Assembly (NCBI GenBank): GCA_012295275.1
Contig: CM022679.1
Coordinates: 27,652,001-27,716,000 of the forward strand
Direction of reading: 5' to 3'
From: Chrysomallon squamiferum
Taxonomy: Eukaryota > Animalia > Mollusca
DNA: 64,000 bases
A program made the translations under genes and the position numbers. The notes beneath the pieces were generated by a model. It worked only from the letters and a program-made list of their open reading frames with translations, was not told the DNA's origin and searched no databases. Shown piece after piece: positions 1 to 13,989 of this stretch. The first letter of the stretch is position 1, and each line of letters opens with the position of its first letter.

Positions 1-172
1 TGATCCTTCAGACAGTATATATTTTTTTTTTGCTAATAATAATAATAATAACAATAATAATAATAATTTAAAAAAATGGTAATTAAATTTCTATAAGATA
101 TACTGAATTTAAAATCAAAGCGTTTTTCTCCAAATCTTAAGAATATCATGTGTACAGTTAAATAAAAATAAA

Positions 173-217
<45 letters not shown>

Positions 218-387
218 GACAACAACAATAATAATAATGATAATACTCTTACACAGCAGTTCAGATAAACTTTGTATTTTAAAGACGATGTCAAAATGAA
301 GAGAAAAGATCGGAACAGTTCGTTATCAAAAAACTGTATAGAGGTTATCTCAAGTAAAATAAAATAAAATGTAATTTGTATTTTCAG

Positions 388-878
388 GATAATCGGCAAG
401 CGATCTGTTTCCTCTGATTCGCCTCACATCAGAAGTTGTAAGTGTAGTACTTTTTGTCTAAACTAATACAAGAAAAAAATGTATATTTTTGTGGATACTT
501 ATGTACGTAACTAAGCATATATCACTGAATGAATATATGTATATATGTTTGTATGTATGTATGTCTGTATGTATGTAAGTATGTATGCATGCATGTATGT
601 ATGTATGATCGTATGCATGCATATATGTATGTGGATGTATGCATAAACGTGTGTATCTATGTATGTAGGTATGTCATCCATGTGTGTATGTGTATCTACG
701 TATGCATAGATAGATACGGACTGAAGAATGAATGGATATTGATGAAAAATAATGTCTCATTTAAATTTCTAAATTCTTTAATTATTGGCGACAGAGAGCT
801 GATATTATGTATTTATTTATTGTTTTTCTCGTTTCAGTGTCAGGAAAAGAGGGAGAAAGCAAGATGAGTTCACGATAA
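388..878 (+). CDS. 3' part (last two exons) of a secreted-peptide family paralog; 5' exons presumably lie left of the window
   Basis: ttttcAG|388-437|GTAAGT then gtttcAG|838-878(TAA), with AATAAA at 877-882. Phase-2 entry reads xIIGKRSVSSDSPHIRSLSGKEGESKMSSR*. Exon and flanking introns are homologous to 10849-10915 and 11301-11336. GKR is an amidation plus dibasic cleavage motif. Confidence 0.6.
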
Positions 879-957
879 TAAAATATTGTGTGATGAAAAC
901 ACCTATTTCTATCATTCTGTTAAGATAAAAAATCATAAAATCATTAACGATTTAACT

Positions 958-1066
<109 letters not shown>

Positions 1067-4000
1067 CATGCATTTTCTGTAAGCATTATCAGTATTTTAT
1101 TTTCATAAATGTAAAATAATATATATTTAAAAGACCAAATTTTCACTGAATAACTTTGCCTCATCGTATTTATAGTGCACTTAAATGTTCTTCTGTTCTT
1201 TTTTCGAAATTGAATGTCCTCCAAATCAAGAAAAGTGATAACAATTAATTTTATACTTACTTTTTCTTTCCCGAATGAAATTGGTCTGCACTTTGTAATT
1301 AAAAACACAATGTATATACATTGGAATGCAATGAAGCATCACGTTTGTTAAACAGATTCCTAGCGGTGCATCAATACTGTCTAAAACTATAACATATCTA
1401 TATATACAATATAACAATAGTGCAGCAATTCGATGAATACATCGGTGAATGATACTTCTCACTTTTTAAAATATCACTTTTTAAAATATAATTTGTAAAA
1501 TATTTAACGAGATTAGTCTTATTTCCGAGAACGTAACAATGCCGTTGACGAGACATGAACGTATGACACCCACATATGTATGTGTATGTGTATGTATATA
1601 TGTATGTGTGTCTGTATGTTTGTATGTATGTATGTATATGTGAGATTAACTGCATACTGAGCCTATATAAATAACAACTGTCTAACAAAAAATGTTTTCT
1701 TTTAGTAATTGGGAATCAGATGCATCATATTTATACTAAAACAAATTACATACAACATAGCTACTTCCTTCGTATTAATTACAGTATTCGAGTAAATGTC
1801 ACAAATAGTGTTTACATAGCACTGAAACTGACAATTATTCTTCTAATGATTCATCAACACTATTTTTTTTTTTTTAAATCACTGAATTAATAATAATCAT
1901 CAAAAATAAGACCTCACTAAAACTGATGTTCAATGACGTTAGAGAACTGGTTTCAGTAACACATATAAAGTGATCAGTAAATATGACTCATGTCGGAAGA
2001 TGTCGATGGACTAAAAAATTCAAATATACCGCGCTTTACGTTTCTCGTTTACGTAAGTTTAACGACTTTACGGGAGGCAGCGAAATGACCACCTACTCTC
2101 TAAGTACCAACTGAAAAATCGTGTCCTACGATTGTACTGTTGTTACTGTAATTACTAGCATGAATATGAATGAATATTCTTACTTCACATAATGCAATTT
2201 TGAATTAAACACTGTCTCCTCTGTTACATTAAAAACATTCAAATTTTGAAAAGAATATGTTCTCTTTCTTAGTTATAGTTTCCAGCTATCTGCAGTTAAA
2301 CTACACTGAATTTTGCAATTTGAAATCAGTGAACCTACAGGAAGCAAAAGAAAGACATAGTAACAAACACACAGGTCAGACTGACCAAATGACTGACACG
2401 TTAGCAAGTAAACTCTGTGAGATTATAGATGATAGAAAGATTGATAGGTAAATAAATAAATAGACAGATAGATAGATAGAGAGACAGAAAGACAGATAAA
2501 TATTTAGATGGATAGGTAGATAGATCGATAGATAGATTGATATATTAGACAGACGTTGAGAACAGAGTAGTGACGAATGGATCGATAGATAGATCGATAG
2601 ATGGATCGATAAAGACACATACATTCAGACAGACAGGTTGAAAGCCAGAGTGAGAGTCAGACATGGAGATTAAAATAAACCAAAATATGATAAAAGAAAT
2701 AAAGATTTATTCTGAATATTCATTTAATTCTCGACTGAGAAAATGTACAAGATTTTTTCTCGTTTCTGTTTTTTTTCTTTCTTCTTTGTCTTCTTCTTTT
2801 TTAAATTATTATCATTGCTTCTCAAAAACAGCTACAGTTATTTTATTTGTATCTTTATTATTAATATTACCATCATCATCAATTGCAAACGTCACAAAAG
2901 TGGCTTCAGTAGTTGTTGTAGTAAGTAATGGTTGTTGCTATAGTGGCTGTAGTAGTTGTTGCTGATGATGGTGTAGCAGTAACAATAACCTGTATACAAT
3001 TAAAGAATAGCTGTTAAAATACATTATATGTATTACTGTACAAACAACAGTCGGTATACTTAATGAATATGAAAAGCAAAAGAAAAAGGAAAACATAAGA
3101 TATGCCATTACTATTATTAAACATTTAATAAGATTAAAAACGCCTCTAATATTTGAAACATGAATATTAATACTGTCACAATTTTAATACCACTAAAAGT
3201 ATCTCCTTTATTATGGTACCATAAAAACATGAAATTACCAAACATGACTAATTATTAAATAACTGAATAAACTTTAATGACTTGTCTCCTCAAAAATAAA
3301 ATAAAATTAAATTAAACATTTCTGTCCATGTTCTAGGTCCACTGAAGGTCATCACAAATCAGAGGCATCATCAGGGCTCATAATGGTCATAAACCGTATT
3401 AGCATTTTCTCTACACCTGTCAGATTTATATTTCTGTACATTTTTATAAGTGACATCTACTGAATAATCCCCTTTCCTTGATGTTCTGAGTTTTCTTTCT
3501 TTTTATCATTTCTCCCTCAGTTTCTTCTTCTATTATTATTATTAATTTAGAAACCAATGTCAAGAAGTGCACACACATACACACACATCTATATACATAT
3601 TCACACATACATACATACCTATTACACACATACTTACATCTAAACAAATATATATACACACAGATACACATACATATATTCACATGTACATATATATACA
3701 CATATATCTATATACACATGTACATACATAGATACATATACACACATGCCTATGTACATACATACACTTTTAAGTTCTTTTTTCTAATACGCTATAGATA
3801 GTAAGAGTGTGACAGATAGAGAGATGACTGTTCATGCATTTACAGTTCAATTATTTTACGTAATCTTCTTAGTACTGTTAAAATAGAGACAGACAGAGTG
3901 TATGACAGATGTACAGATTAAAATATGTCAGTTTTCTTTTTAAGCTGTAACAATTTTAATATTTTTGACTGATTCATACTTTTCTGTCGTAGTACAGAAT

Positions 4001-4324
4001 AATATAATATTCAAATTTTTGATACAAAATATTTTATTACATTCGAACATGATAATTTTTAAAACCTCGTGTTATCGATATCGTAGATAGTCTTCAAGTA
4101 AGACTGTTGAATAACGCGACTGTTTTTGATATTTTCGCATGATATATATACATTTTATCATTAAAGTATCCCGACATTAAAGAAATTTAAAGAACAGAAA
4201 GACGGTATGACAGTTATCTTACTGCCAGATTTATAATTTTTAGACTAATATAATATTCAAATGTCTGTTACAAAATATGTTCCTACATTAGTACTTGATT
4301 ATTTTAAAAGGCTCGTGCATTCGA

Positions 4325-4875
4325 TATAGTACACTTTCTTCCTGCTAGTTTGTTGAATAACACTACTGTTTTCGGTAAGATGTTTTCACATTATAACTAT
4401 TTTTTCATATTAATATTTATCTTGAAAGAAGTATTAGAATTAAACACAATAAACATTTCATAATATTAGGTTATTACATATGTTAAAACTTCATGAGAGA
4501 AATACATTCATAATCATGATAGAGAGAGTGACACTGACATTTTCGTTTTTTTAATTTTCAAATTCAGTGTGAAATAAGGACAGTGATAGAACTTGAATAG
4601 TTATTTTCAATTAAAATTTATATATTTTTGCAATTAAAATGCTATACATTTGCCGACATCGATAATAAATTTCATTAATACTGTCTGAATTTAAAGGAAA
4701 TAATTTTTACCACTAGAAGCTTATTACTAAAATATGCCGAATGTCATATAAATTTCATTAAACAATTTTGGCATTCATTTAATAGGAAAACTCGTTGGAT
4801 TTGATAAATAATTTGTTTTTCTCGTTTCAGTGTCCGGAAAAGAGGGAGAAAGCAAGATGAGTTCACGATAATAAA
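4325..4875 (+). pseudogene. Internally deleted copy of the peptide gene (putative 5'UTR exon plus terminal poly(A) exon only)
   Basis: 4300-4392 is identical to 8130-8222, including the donor ttcg|GTAAGA at 4375. The signal-peptide and micro-exons are absent. The next acceptor is gtttcAG at 4830, followed by AATAAA at 4870-4875. Confidence 0.5.
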
Positions 4876-4979
4876 ATATTGTGTGATGAAAACACTTAAG
4901 TGTCTATTATGAATCTCTTTAACCTATTTCTATAATTCTATTTAGATAAAATGTCATAAAATCATTAACGATTTAACTA

Positions 4980-5060
<81 letters not shown>

Positions 5061-7250
5061 CATCCATCCATCCATCCATCCATTTTCTGTAAGCATTATC
5101 AGTATTTCATTTTAATAAATGTAAAATAATATATATTTAAAAGACCAAATTTTCACTAAATAACTTTGCCTCATCGTATTTATAGTGCACTTAAGTGTTC
5201 TTCTGTTCTTTTTTCGAAATTGAATGTCCTCCAAATCAAGAAAAGTGATAACAATTAATTTTATACTTACTTTTTCTTTCCCGAATCAAACTGGTCTGCA
5301 CTTTGTAATTACAAACACAATGTCTATACATTAGAATCCAATGAAGCATCAATTTGTTAAACAGATTGCTAGTGGCGCATTAATAGTGTCTAAAACTAAA
5401 GCATATCTATACACAATATAAAAATAGTATAGCAGTTAGACTCAATATATCGGTAAATGATATTTCTCACTTTTTAAAATATAATTTGTAAAATTTTTAA
5501 CGAGATTATTCTTATTTCCGAGAAAGTAACAATGCCGTTGATGAGATTTTAACGTATGACACCCACATATGTATGTGCATGTGCATGTATGTATGTAGGT
5601 ATGTATGTATGTATGTATGAATGTATGTATGTATGTATGTATGTATTTATGTATTTGTGAGATTAACTACGTACTGAGCCTATAGAAAAAACAACTGTCT
5701 AACAAAAAACTGGTTTTTTTTAGTATTTGGGAATAAGTTTGATCATATTTATAATGACACGAATTACATACAACATACCTTTTTCCTTCTTGTTAATTAC
5801 AGTATTCGAGTAAATGTCACTTTTGTAAATCAGTTTTTACATACCACTGACTCCTTAATGAACAACATCCATGTATATAATCTATACACGTTTATGTCTT
5901 TCTACATGTGAGTCTTCAATTGTGTGTATTCACCTGTCCCTTTAACCAATTATATAGCTAACTGTATATCTATGCATCTATGCATCTGTCTATCTATCTA
6001 TCTCTCTATCTGTCTCTCTGTATGTCTATCTATCCATCTGTCTATCTATCTGTCTATCTGCCTGTCTATCTAAATGTATAATATATGCATAAATGGGTTG
6101 AATATGTCTCATAATTAATCTTCTAATGATTCATAAAACCTTTTTTATTTTAAATTTCTGAATAATAATCATCAAAAATAACAACTCACTAAAACTGATG
6201 TTCAATGACTTAAAAATACTGGTTTCAGTAACACATATAAAGTGATCAGTAAATATGACTCATGTTGAAAGATGTCGGTGGACGAAAAAATTCAAAAATC
6301 GTACCACCTACTCTCTAAAAACTAACTGAAAAATCGTGTCATTCGATTGTACTGTTGTTACTGTAATTACTGGAAGTTTCCTAATGTGAATGAATATTCC
6401 TATTTCACATAATGCAATATTTAATATTTAATTTAAAAATGTTTCCTCTGTTACATTAAAACATTCAAATTTTGAAAATAAAATGTTCTCTGTCTTAATA
6501 AATAAATAAATAGACAGATAGATAGAGAGATAGAAAGAGAGATGAATATTTAGACAGAAGATAGATAGATACATAGATAGATAGATAGACTGATATATTA
6601 GTCAGACAGACAAAGAAAACAGGGTAGTGACAAATGGATCGATAGATCGATCGATAGAGACACATACATTCAGAGAGACGAGTAGAGTCAGACCTGAAGA
6701 TTACAATAAACCAAATATTCTATGGAAGATGAAAGAAATAAGGATTTATTCTGAATATTCATTTGATTTTTATGCCCTAGACTGAGAAAATATACGATTT
6801 GTTCTTTTTTGTGTTTTATTTATTATTTGTTTGTAATATATACCATTACTACTATTAAGACATTAGATAAGACTAAAAACGCCTCTAATATTTGAAATAT
6901 GAATATTAATACTGTCACAATTTTAATAACAGCATCTTCTTTATTATGGCACCACTAAAAATATGAAATTACCAAACATGACTATTTATTAAATCAGTGA
7001 ATAAACTTTAATGACTTATCTCCTCAAAAATAAAATAAAATAAAATTAACAATTTCTCTACATGTTGCAGGTCAGTTGAGGGTCACAACAAATCACAGTC
7101 ATCATCAGGGCTCATACTGGTCATAAACCATATCAGCATTTTCCCTACACCTGTCAGATTTATAGTTCTGTACATTTCTATTTCTGACATCTACTGAATA
7201 ATCCCCTTCCCTTGACATGCTGAATTTTCTTTCTTTATATCATTTCTACC

Positions 7251-7298
<48 letters not shown>

Positions 7299-8129
7299 GA
7301 TTATTATTCATTTAGAAATCAATATCAAGAAGTGCACACACACATCTATATAAATATCTGTGCATACATACATATTACATAGATATAACATACATACATG
7401 CTTACACCTATACAAATATATATATACACACAGACACACATACATATATACACATGTACATTCAAACATATATATGTGTATATATATATACAGACACATG
7501 TACATACATAGATACATATACATACATACAAATATATAAACATACACTTAGTCAAGAAATGCACACTCATTCACACACATCTATATACATATCTATACAT
7601 AAATACATATATATTATATACATACATGCTTACACCAATACAAACATATATATATACACAGACACACATACATATACACACATGTACAGATTAAAATATG
7701 TCAGTTTTCTTTTTAAGCTGTAACAATTTTAATATTTTTGACTGATTTATACTTTTCTGTCGTAGTACAGAATAATATAATATTCAAATTTTTGATACAA
7801 AATATTTTATTACATTCGTACATGATTTTAAAAAGCTCGTGTTATCGATATCATAGATATTCTTCCAGGAAGGTTGTTGAATAACACAACTGTTTTTGAT
7901 ATTTTCACATGATATATATACATTTTATCATTAAAGAATCCCGACATTAAAGAAATTTAAAGGACCGAAAGACCGTGTGACAGATATAGAGATTAAAATA
8001 TGTCAGTTATCTTTCTAAGCTGTCATAATTTTAACATTTACTGTCAGATTTGTAATTTTTTGTCGTTGTAAAGACTAATATAATATTCAAATGTCTGAAA
8101 CAAAATATGTTATTACATTAGTACATGAT

Positions 8130-8210
8130 TATTTTAAAAGGCTCGTGCATTCGATATAGTACACTTTCTTCCTGCTAGTTTGTTGAATAACACTACTGTT
8201 TTCGGTAAGA
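8130..8210 (+). promoter_or_regulatory. Putative core promoter and non-coding first exon of the peptide gene (donor at 8205)
   Basis: A ~90-bp block nearly invariant in three copies (4300, 8130, inverted at ~26578-26670), while the flanks of the 4300 copy are clearly diverged. It ends in CG|GTAAGA, ~240 nt upstream of the acceptor at 8441-8442. The TSS position is inference. Confidence 0.45.
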
Positions 8211-8457
8211 TGTTTTCACATTTTATATATATTTTTAATGATCCCGACAGTGCTAATAAATTTCATGAAACAGTATTCACAATCATTTAATAAGACAATG
8301 TGTTGGATTTGATAAATAATCATCCTATAGTAGATATTTCATATATTATAATAGTTATTATATTAATCAGCGTAGAAAGAAAAAAATGTATAATTTAATC
8401 ACTAAAAATATATTTATTTCGCTAAAACTCTCCATGTTTCAGTTGACCTGGTGTGCA

Positions 8458-10466
8458 ATGTCTGCACTGAAACTGAAAATCTTTCTCGTCTTGCTAATTT
8501 TGGGATCAGTGGAGGCCGGGTCAGCTGATGGATGGGAACCTTACAAACCACTGTAAGATTTATTTTAGCTGTCTTCCTATGTTAATCCAAATGTAAATTA
8601 TTTTATTTTGTAAGATTTATTTCTATTCTTGTTACTCAATAAATATCAGACGAGGTTGGAAAATTCAAAATAATTATAATTATTGATGATTCTGTGAAAT
8701 AGTGTTTCCTTCTAATCCAATAACAAAAAAGAATTAGAATTATTAAGAGTTGATCATTAGTTTATGTTTCTCTTTCTTTTTCTGTCTTTTTTTTTTTTTT
8801 TTTTCACAACTACAGCAACTTAGACCCACGTTGTCATTTTGCTAAATAGTACTGATATCAGTGTTCACTTTTCAGAAACAGAAGGAGTGCTCGTGGGTGA
8901 GTATCAATTTATCTAAAAAAGAAGTACACACATATACATACATACATACATGTATGTAGCAAACAGTACGAAAAACAATAATGATGATGATGATGATACT
9001 AACAGTACAGCCAAACCACTTACACCAGAAAGCCCACCACCATCATACAAAACAACATCATGAACAACGAAAATAATAATAATAATAATTGATGATTCTG
9101 ATGATGAATGTGATGATAATGATATTTGTGATGATGAATAGCGAAGAATGGTAATAATAAAAAATGTGATAATTATTTCATTGCTATATCTACTGAAAAG
9201 TAAAAAAAAAAAAAAAATATTATTTGTCTATGCTCCTCAGCTGGTAAGTATCAATTACAAGTAAGCATTTTAATTGTATTTACATGATTGCAAACAAATT
9301 CTAATATCACAATGAAAGAAGCAAATACACATCTGGCCTGTTATAAGTTTATGTGCTTTAAAATAAATATTTTTAAATGCATTTTGCACAGACTAACCAT
9401 GAGATGGATCCAAATTTATTTTTAAGTTCCGATACTTATTATTTGATTGATAATTGTTTCTCTTCAAAATATCAAACAAACAAACAGCCTGGCAAGTCTC
9501 ATTCTCTTAAATTGTAAAACAATTTAATTCAGCAGAAATATTATATATTGGGTCTTAGTTTTGTAAAACGTATCAGAAACCATTAAAACAAGTCTCTTTG
9601 ATATATTCGTAAGTTAATAGAGAGCACCCCACCTGGAAAAAGAACTGAATGGGGATTTCATGCAGTATGAACATAATGGCATTAAAACAGACGACATTGA
9701 TAAACAAATAAATTGTTAAAAAGGACCTCATTATATATGACAATGCTGATAATGCTGAATTCATTTTCTAACAAATGGACACTCAATCAGTTTATGCTTT
9801 TTAAACGTTCACACTTCTTTTCCTGCAAATGTATACTTTTTACTTCCCTGTATATGTGAAGCATATTTATCCTTATTAGTGTATTGATTAAGGACTTTTT
9901 TCTTTGATTGTTTGTCACTTTTATTCTTTGTTTTGCTATCTGATAATATATCAAAATAAAAGTAACACAATCAAAACATCTTTCTTTTATCTTTTTAAAA
10001 CAGGTCGAGAAGACATGCGTGAGTCCTATTCTCTTAAACTCTAAGACAAATTACATCAGCAGAAATATTAGATTGGGTCTTAGTTTTGTAATACGTATTA
10101 GATATTATTACACACACGTCTCACTGATATATTAATAACGTAATACGTACCCATGAATTTTGCCTCGGAACAAAACTTGAATGAGGACTTCATGTAGTAT
10201 GTTCATCATGACCTTAAAGCAGACGACATTAATTAAAAATAAACTGTTCATTTTGTGTGAAAATATTGATAATGCTCAATTCATTTTTCTAACTAATAGA
10301 CATTCCATCATTTTATAATATAAACACTCACACTTCTTTTGCTATAAACATATACAGGCTTCCTCCACTGTCTAAGTGAAGCATATTATCCTTATTAGTG
10401 TATAATTGATACAATATAAAGTCACTAATGTATAATACAGGTGGTATAATACAGACTATAACAAAC

Positions 10467-10507
<41 letters not shown>

Positions 10508-10915
10508 TAATAATAATAACCACAATAAAAATAATCATTATAATTATTAGAACATACACTGAATTTAAATTCAAACGGTAATTTGCCAATATTAGAGATA
10601 TCAGAGCTAAATAAGAAGAAGAAGAAGAAAGAGAAGAAGAGAACAAATAAATACCCTTAATAAACGACTGATCACAGAAGATGTTCCTAAGACAGCAGTT
10701 GAGATACATTCTTTATTTCAAAGACGATGTCAAAATGAAGAGAAAACTTCTAAACTGTTCATTATAAATATCAGTATAGAGGTCATCTAAAGCAAGATAA
10801 AATAAAAATGTCTCCGAAATGTGACTAAAATATAATCTATATTTTCAGGAAGCGATCTAACTCTAAGTTGAATGACTTCAGCAGTTTGTCTGACCTCTTC
10901 GGAAACAAGGAATAA
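8458..10915 (+). CDS. Micro-exon gene A: small secreted cationic peptide precursor (~66 aa), family unidentified
   Basis: Exons 8458-8552, 8876-8896 (21 nt), 9241-9243 (3 nt, least certain), 10004-10018 (15 nt) and 10849-10915. All introns are GT-AG and phase 2. Translation: MSALKLKIFLVLLILGSVEAGSADGWEPYKPLNRRSARGWSRRHAKRSNSKLNDFSSLSDLFGNKE*. The N-terminus is a classic signal peptide (basic n-region, hydrophobic core, small residues at -3/-1). AATAAA overlaps the stop and recurs at 11331. Confidence 0.7.
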
Positions 10916-12104
10916 ATATGTGTTTATGCATATTTATGTACGTAACTATGCATATATGTATTTATGTATATATGAATATTTGTACCTATGTACGTATGCA
11001 TGCATATATGTATTTGGATGTAAGCATAAACGTGTGTATGTAGGTAGGTATGTAGGTAGGTAGGTGCATGTATGTGTATATGTATCAACGTATGCATAGA
11101 TAGATAAATATATAGTTATCGACTGAAGAATAAATGAATAGTGATAAAAATAATGTCTAATTAAAATTTAAAAAAAAAATTGTTTTTGGCGACAGAGAGC
11201 TGAGATTATTTATTTATTTATTGTTTTTCTTTTCTTTTCTTTTTTTTTCTTTTTTATATATATTTTTTTTCTTTCTTTCTTTTTTAGCCCCGCTTTACAG
11301 TGCCTGGAGAAAGAAATATGAGTTCACGATAATAAAATATTGTGACATGGAAAACACTTAAGTGTCTGTTATGAATCTGTTTTACCTATTTCTATAATTT
11401 TATTTAAATATGAAGTCTTAAAATCATTAACAATTTAACTAAAATATCTCTCTTTCTCATTCTCTCTCTCTCTCCATTTGCAGAAGCATTATTAGTATTT
11501 TGTGTTTTGTAATCAGTATACTCTCCTTTTTACATTATGTATTAGTATTTAATATCTGATGCTCTCCTAATAAATTACTACATGTAAACCTCGAATAATG
11601 TTGAAACTGAGACAGCTTTAAACGAAAAACATGGAACATTGAAACGTTTAATATCCGCACATCACATATTTCTGTCTTTCTATCTTTGTGTATGTCTGTC
11701 TTTCTATTTAGCGAGAGAAGGATAAAGATTTTATTCTTAAAATATTAATTTCCTTAAAAATTATCAATTTATTTTTTTAACTATACCAACTATGAAGCTA
11801 GAACTGATAGTGCTTAAGAACGAAAATAATTATGATCGAAATCCAATTTTTCGTTATAGTGATTTAATTTTTCGTGAAGGTGTCCTAATGCAACTGAGAT
11901 GATATGAAATGATTTGGTAAAAAAGAATGTGATAATTAAATTCACTAATAAGTTAAGTAATGTTTCATTGTTATGTGTTATTTATGTATTGTTTCATTAT
12001 GAAATATTAATGCTAAAATTGATGAAAATATCCTTGAAACGAAGGTATCAGACTAAATCCTGTAGATATTAACATACGTATAATAGTAATAATAATAATA
12101 ATAA

Positions 12105-12135
<31 letters not shown>

Positions 12136-12803
12136 AAGAAGAAGAAGAAGAAGAATATTAATAATAAATAAATAAATAAATAAACGAAAAGAAAAAGAAG
12201 AAAAACTGAAGAAACATAATAGTTTCTTTATTATTGCTATTTTTATATAATCTAAGTTAAAAACTTGTGTGAAATGATTTTACTTTCTTATTATTAGTAT
12301 TATTAGTAGCAGTATTGTTGTTGTTGTCGCTGATAATTTCATTGTTATCATTATTATTACTGTTGTGATTATTATTATTGTTATAGTTATTATTATTATT
12401 ATTATTATCATTCTGAAACATTCATCATCATAATCATCAATTATAATAATAATTATTATTAATATTATTACTATTATTGTTATAATTACTCTTGTTGTTG
12501 TTGTTGTTGTTGTTCTTATTATTATTATTATTATTATTATCATCATCATCATCATCATCATCATCATCGTTATCATTATCATTATAACAACGATTGTATA
12601 TTCTTAATTTACATCATTTACCCAATTCTCGATCATCAGTAATGATAACTATTGTTCCAGTTGTATGAGACTAAATTACCTAATCTCAGTAACGGTAAAT
12701 GAAAGAATAAAACATGTTAAATGAAACGTCTGAATCCTACATGTTAGTGTAACGGAAAGATGATGGAGGACATTTTGACTGAGAAATATAATAGTTTGGA
12801 ACA

Positions 12804-12838
<35 letters not shown>

Positions 12839-12977
12839 CGTAAAATTTAGATGTTGTATGTATCTATATATTCAATTCAAAAAATAAAAAATAATAAAAA
12901 AAATAAAGAAATGAATATTGTGTAGATAAAATAATAAAAAATAAAAATAATATATTAATATTATTATTTATTGTGGA

Positions 12978-13037
<60 letters not shown>

Positions 13038-13916
13038 CATCATCGTCGTCGTCATCATCATCATCATCATCATTATTTATTTATTTATTATATTTATTTT
13101 TATTATTATTATTTGTTGCTACTTTTCCATTAATATCCTTCTTATTTTTTCTTAAATAAAGAAAGCAGGAGAAAACGACGTAATTGGCAGATTTTCTATA
13201 TATTAGTGTACCTGTTAAATTATAAGTTCATTTTCTAGTATTTTGTTTTCACGCACCTCTTATTTTCTTTTTTAGTTTATCAGTTAAGAAAATGTAGTAT
13301 TAACCATCGGTGTTATTAAATATACCTTTATTGTGAATACACCTGCAGAAGATACAGAAAATAAACGAGAAATGTCATAGGTATCAAGAATCTTTTAGAA
13401 AACGGAAAAACTGTTTTCAGAGGGGATGAAAAGAATGGAAATTTAATGTGGAACGAAGACTTTATTAATATATGATTAGTAGATGTAGAAACAGTGTAGT
13501 AATTAGAAATTTAGTCTCATACAACTGGAACAATAGTTATCATTACTGATGATCGAGAACTGGGTAAACAATGTAAATTAAGAATATGCAATCATTGTTA
13601 TAATGATAATGATAACGATGATGATGATGATGATGATGATAATAATAATAAGAACAACAACAACAACAACAACAGCAACAAGAGTAATTATAACAACAAT
13701 AATAATAATAATAATAACTGTAACAATAATAATAATCACAACAGTAATAATAATGATAATAATGAAATTATCAGCGACAACAACAATACTGCTACTAATA
13801 ATACTAATAATAAGAAAGTAAAATCATTTCACACAAGTTTTTAACTTAGATTATATAAAAATAGCAATATTAAAGAAACTATTATGTTTCTTCTGTTTTT
13901 TTCTTTTTCTTTTCGT

Positions 13917-13947
<31 letters not shown>

Positions 13948-13958
13948 TTACTAATATT

Positions 13959-13989
<31 letters not shown>

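Noticed and set aside
3337-3420. Possible exon after catgttctAG (homologs at 7071 and ~27733)
   Set aside because: Acceptor-like site, but no convincing donor or conserved reading frame; left unassigned.
9488-9497. Possible micro-exon cag|CCTG|GCAAGT at the site paralogous to the 15-nt exon
   Set aside because: No pyrimidine tract, GC donor and frame-shifting length; treated as a decayed cassette.
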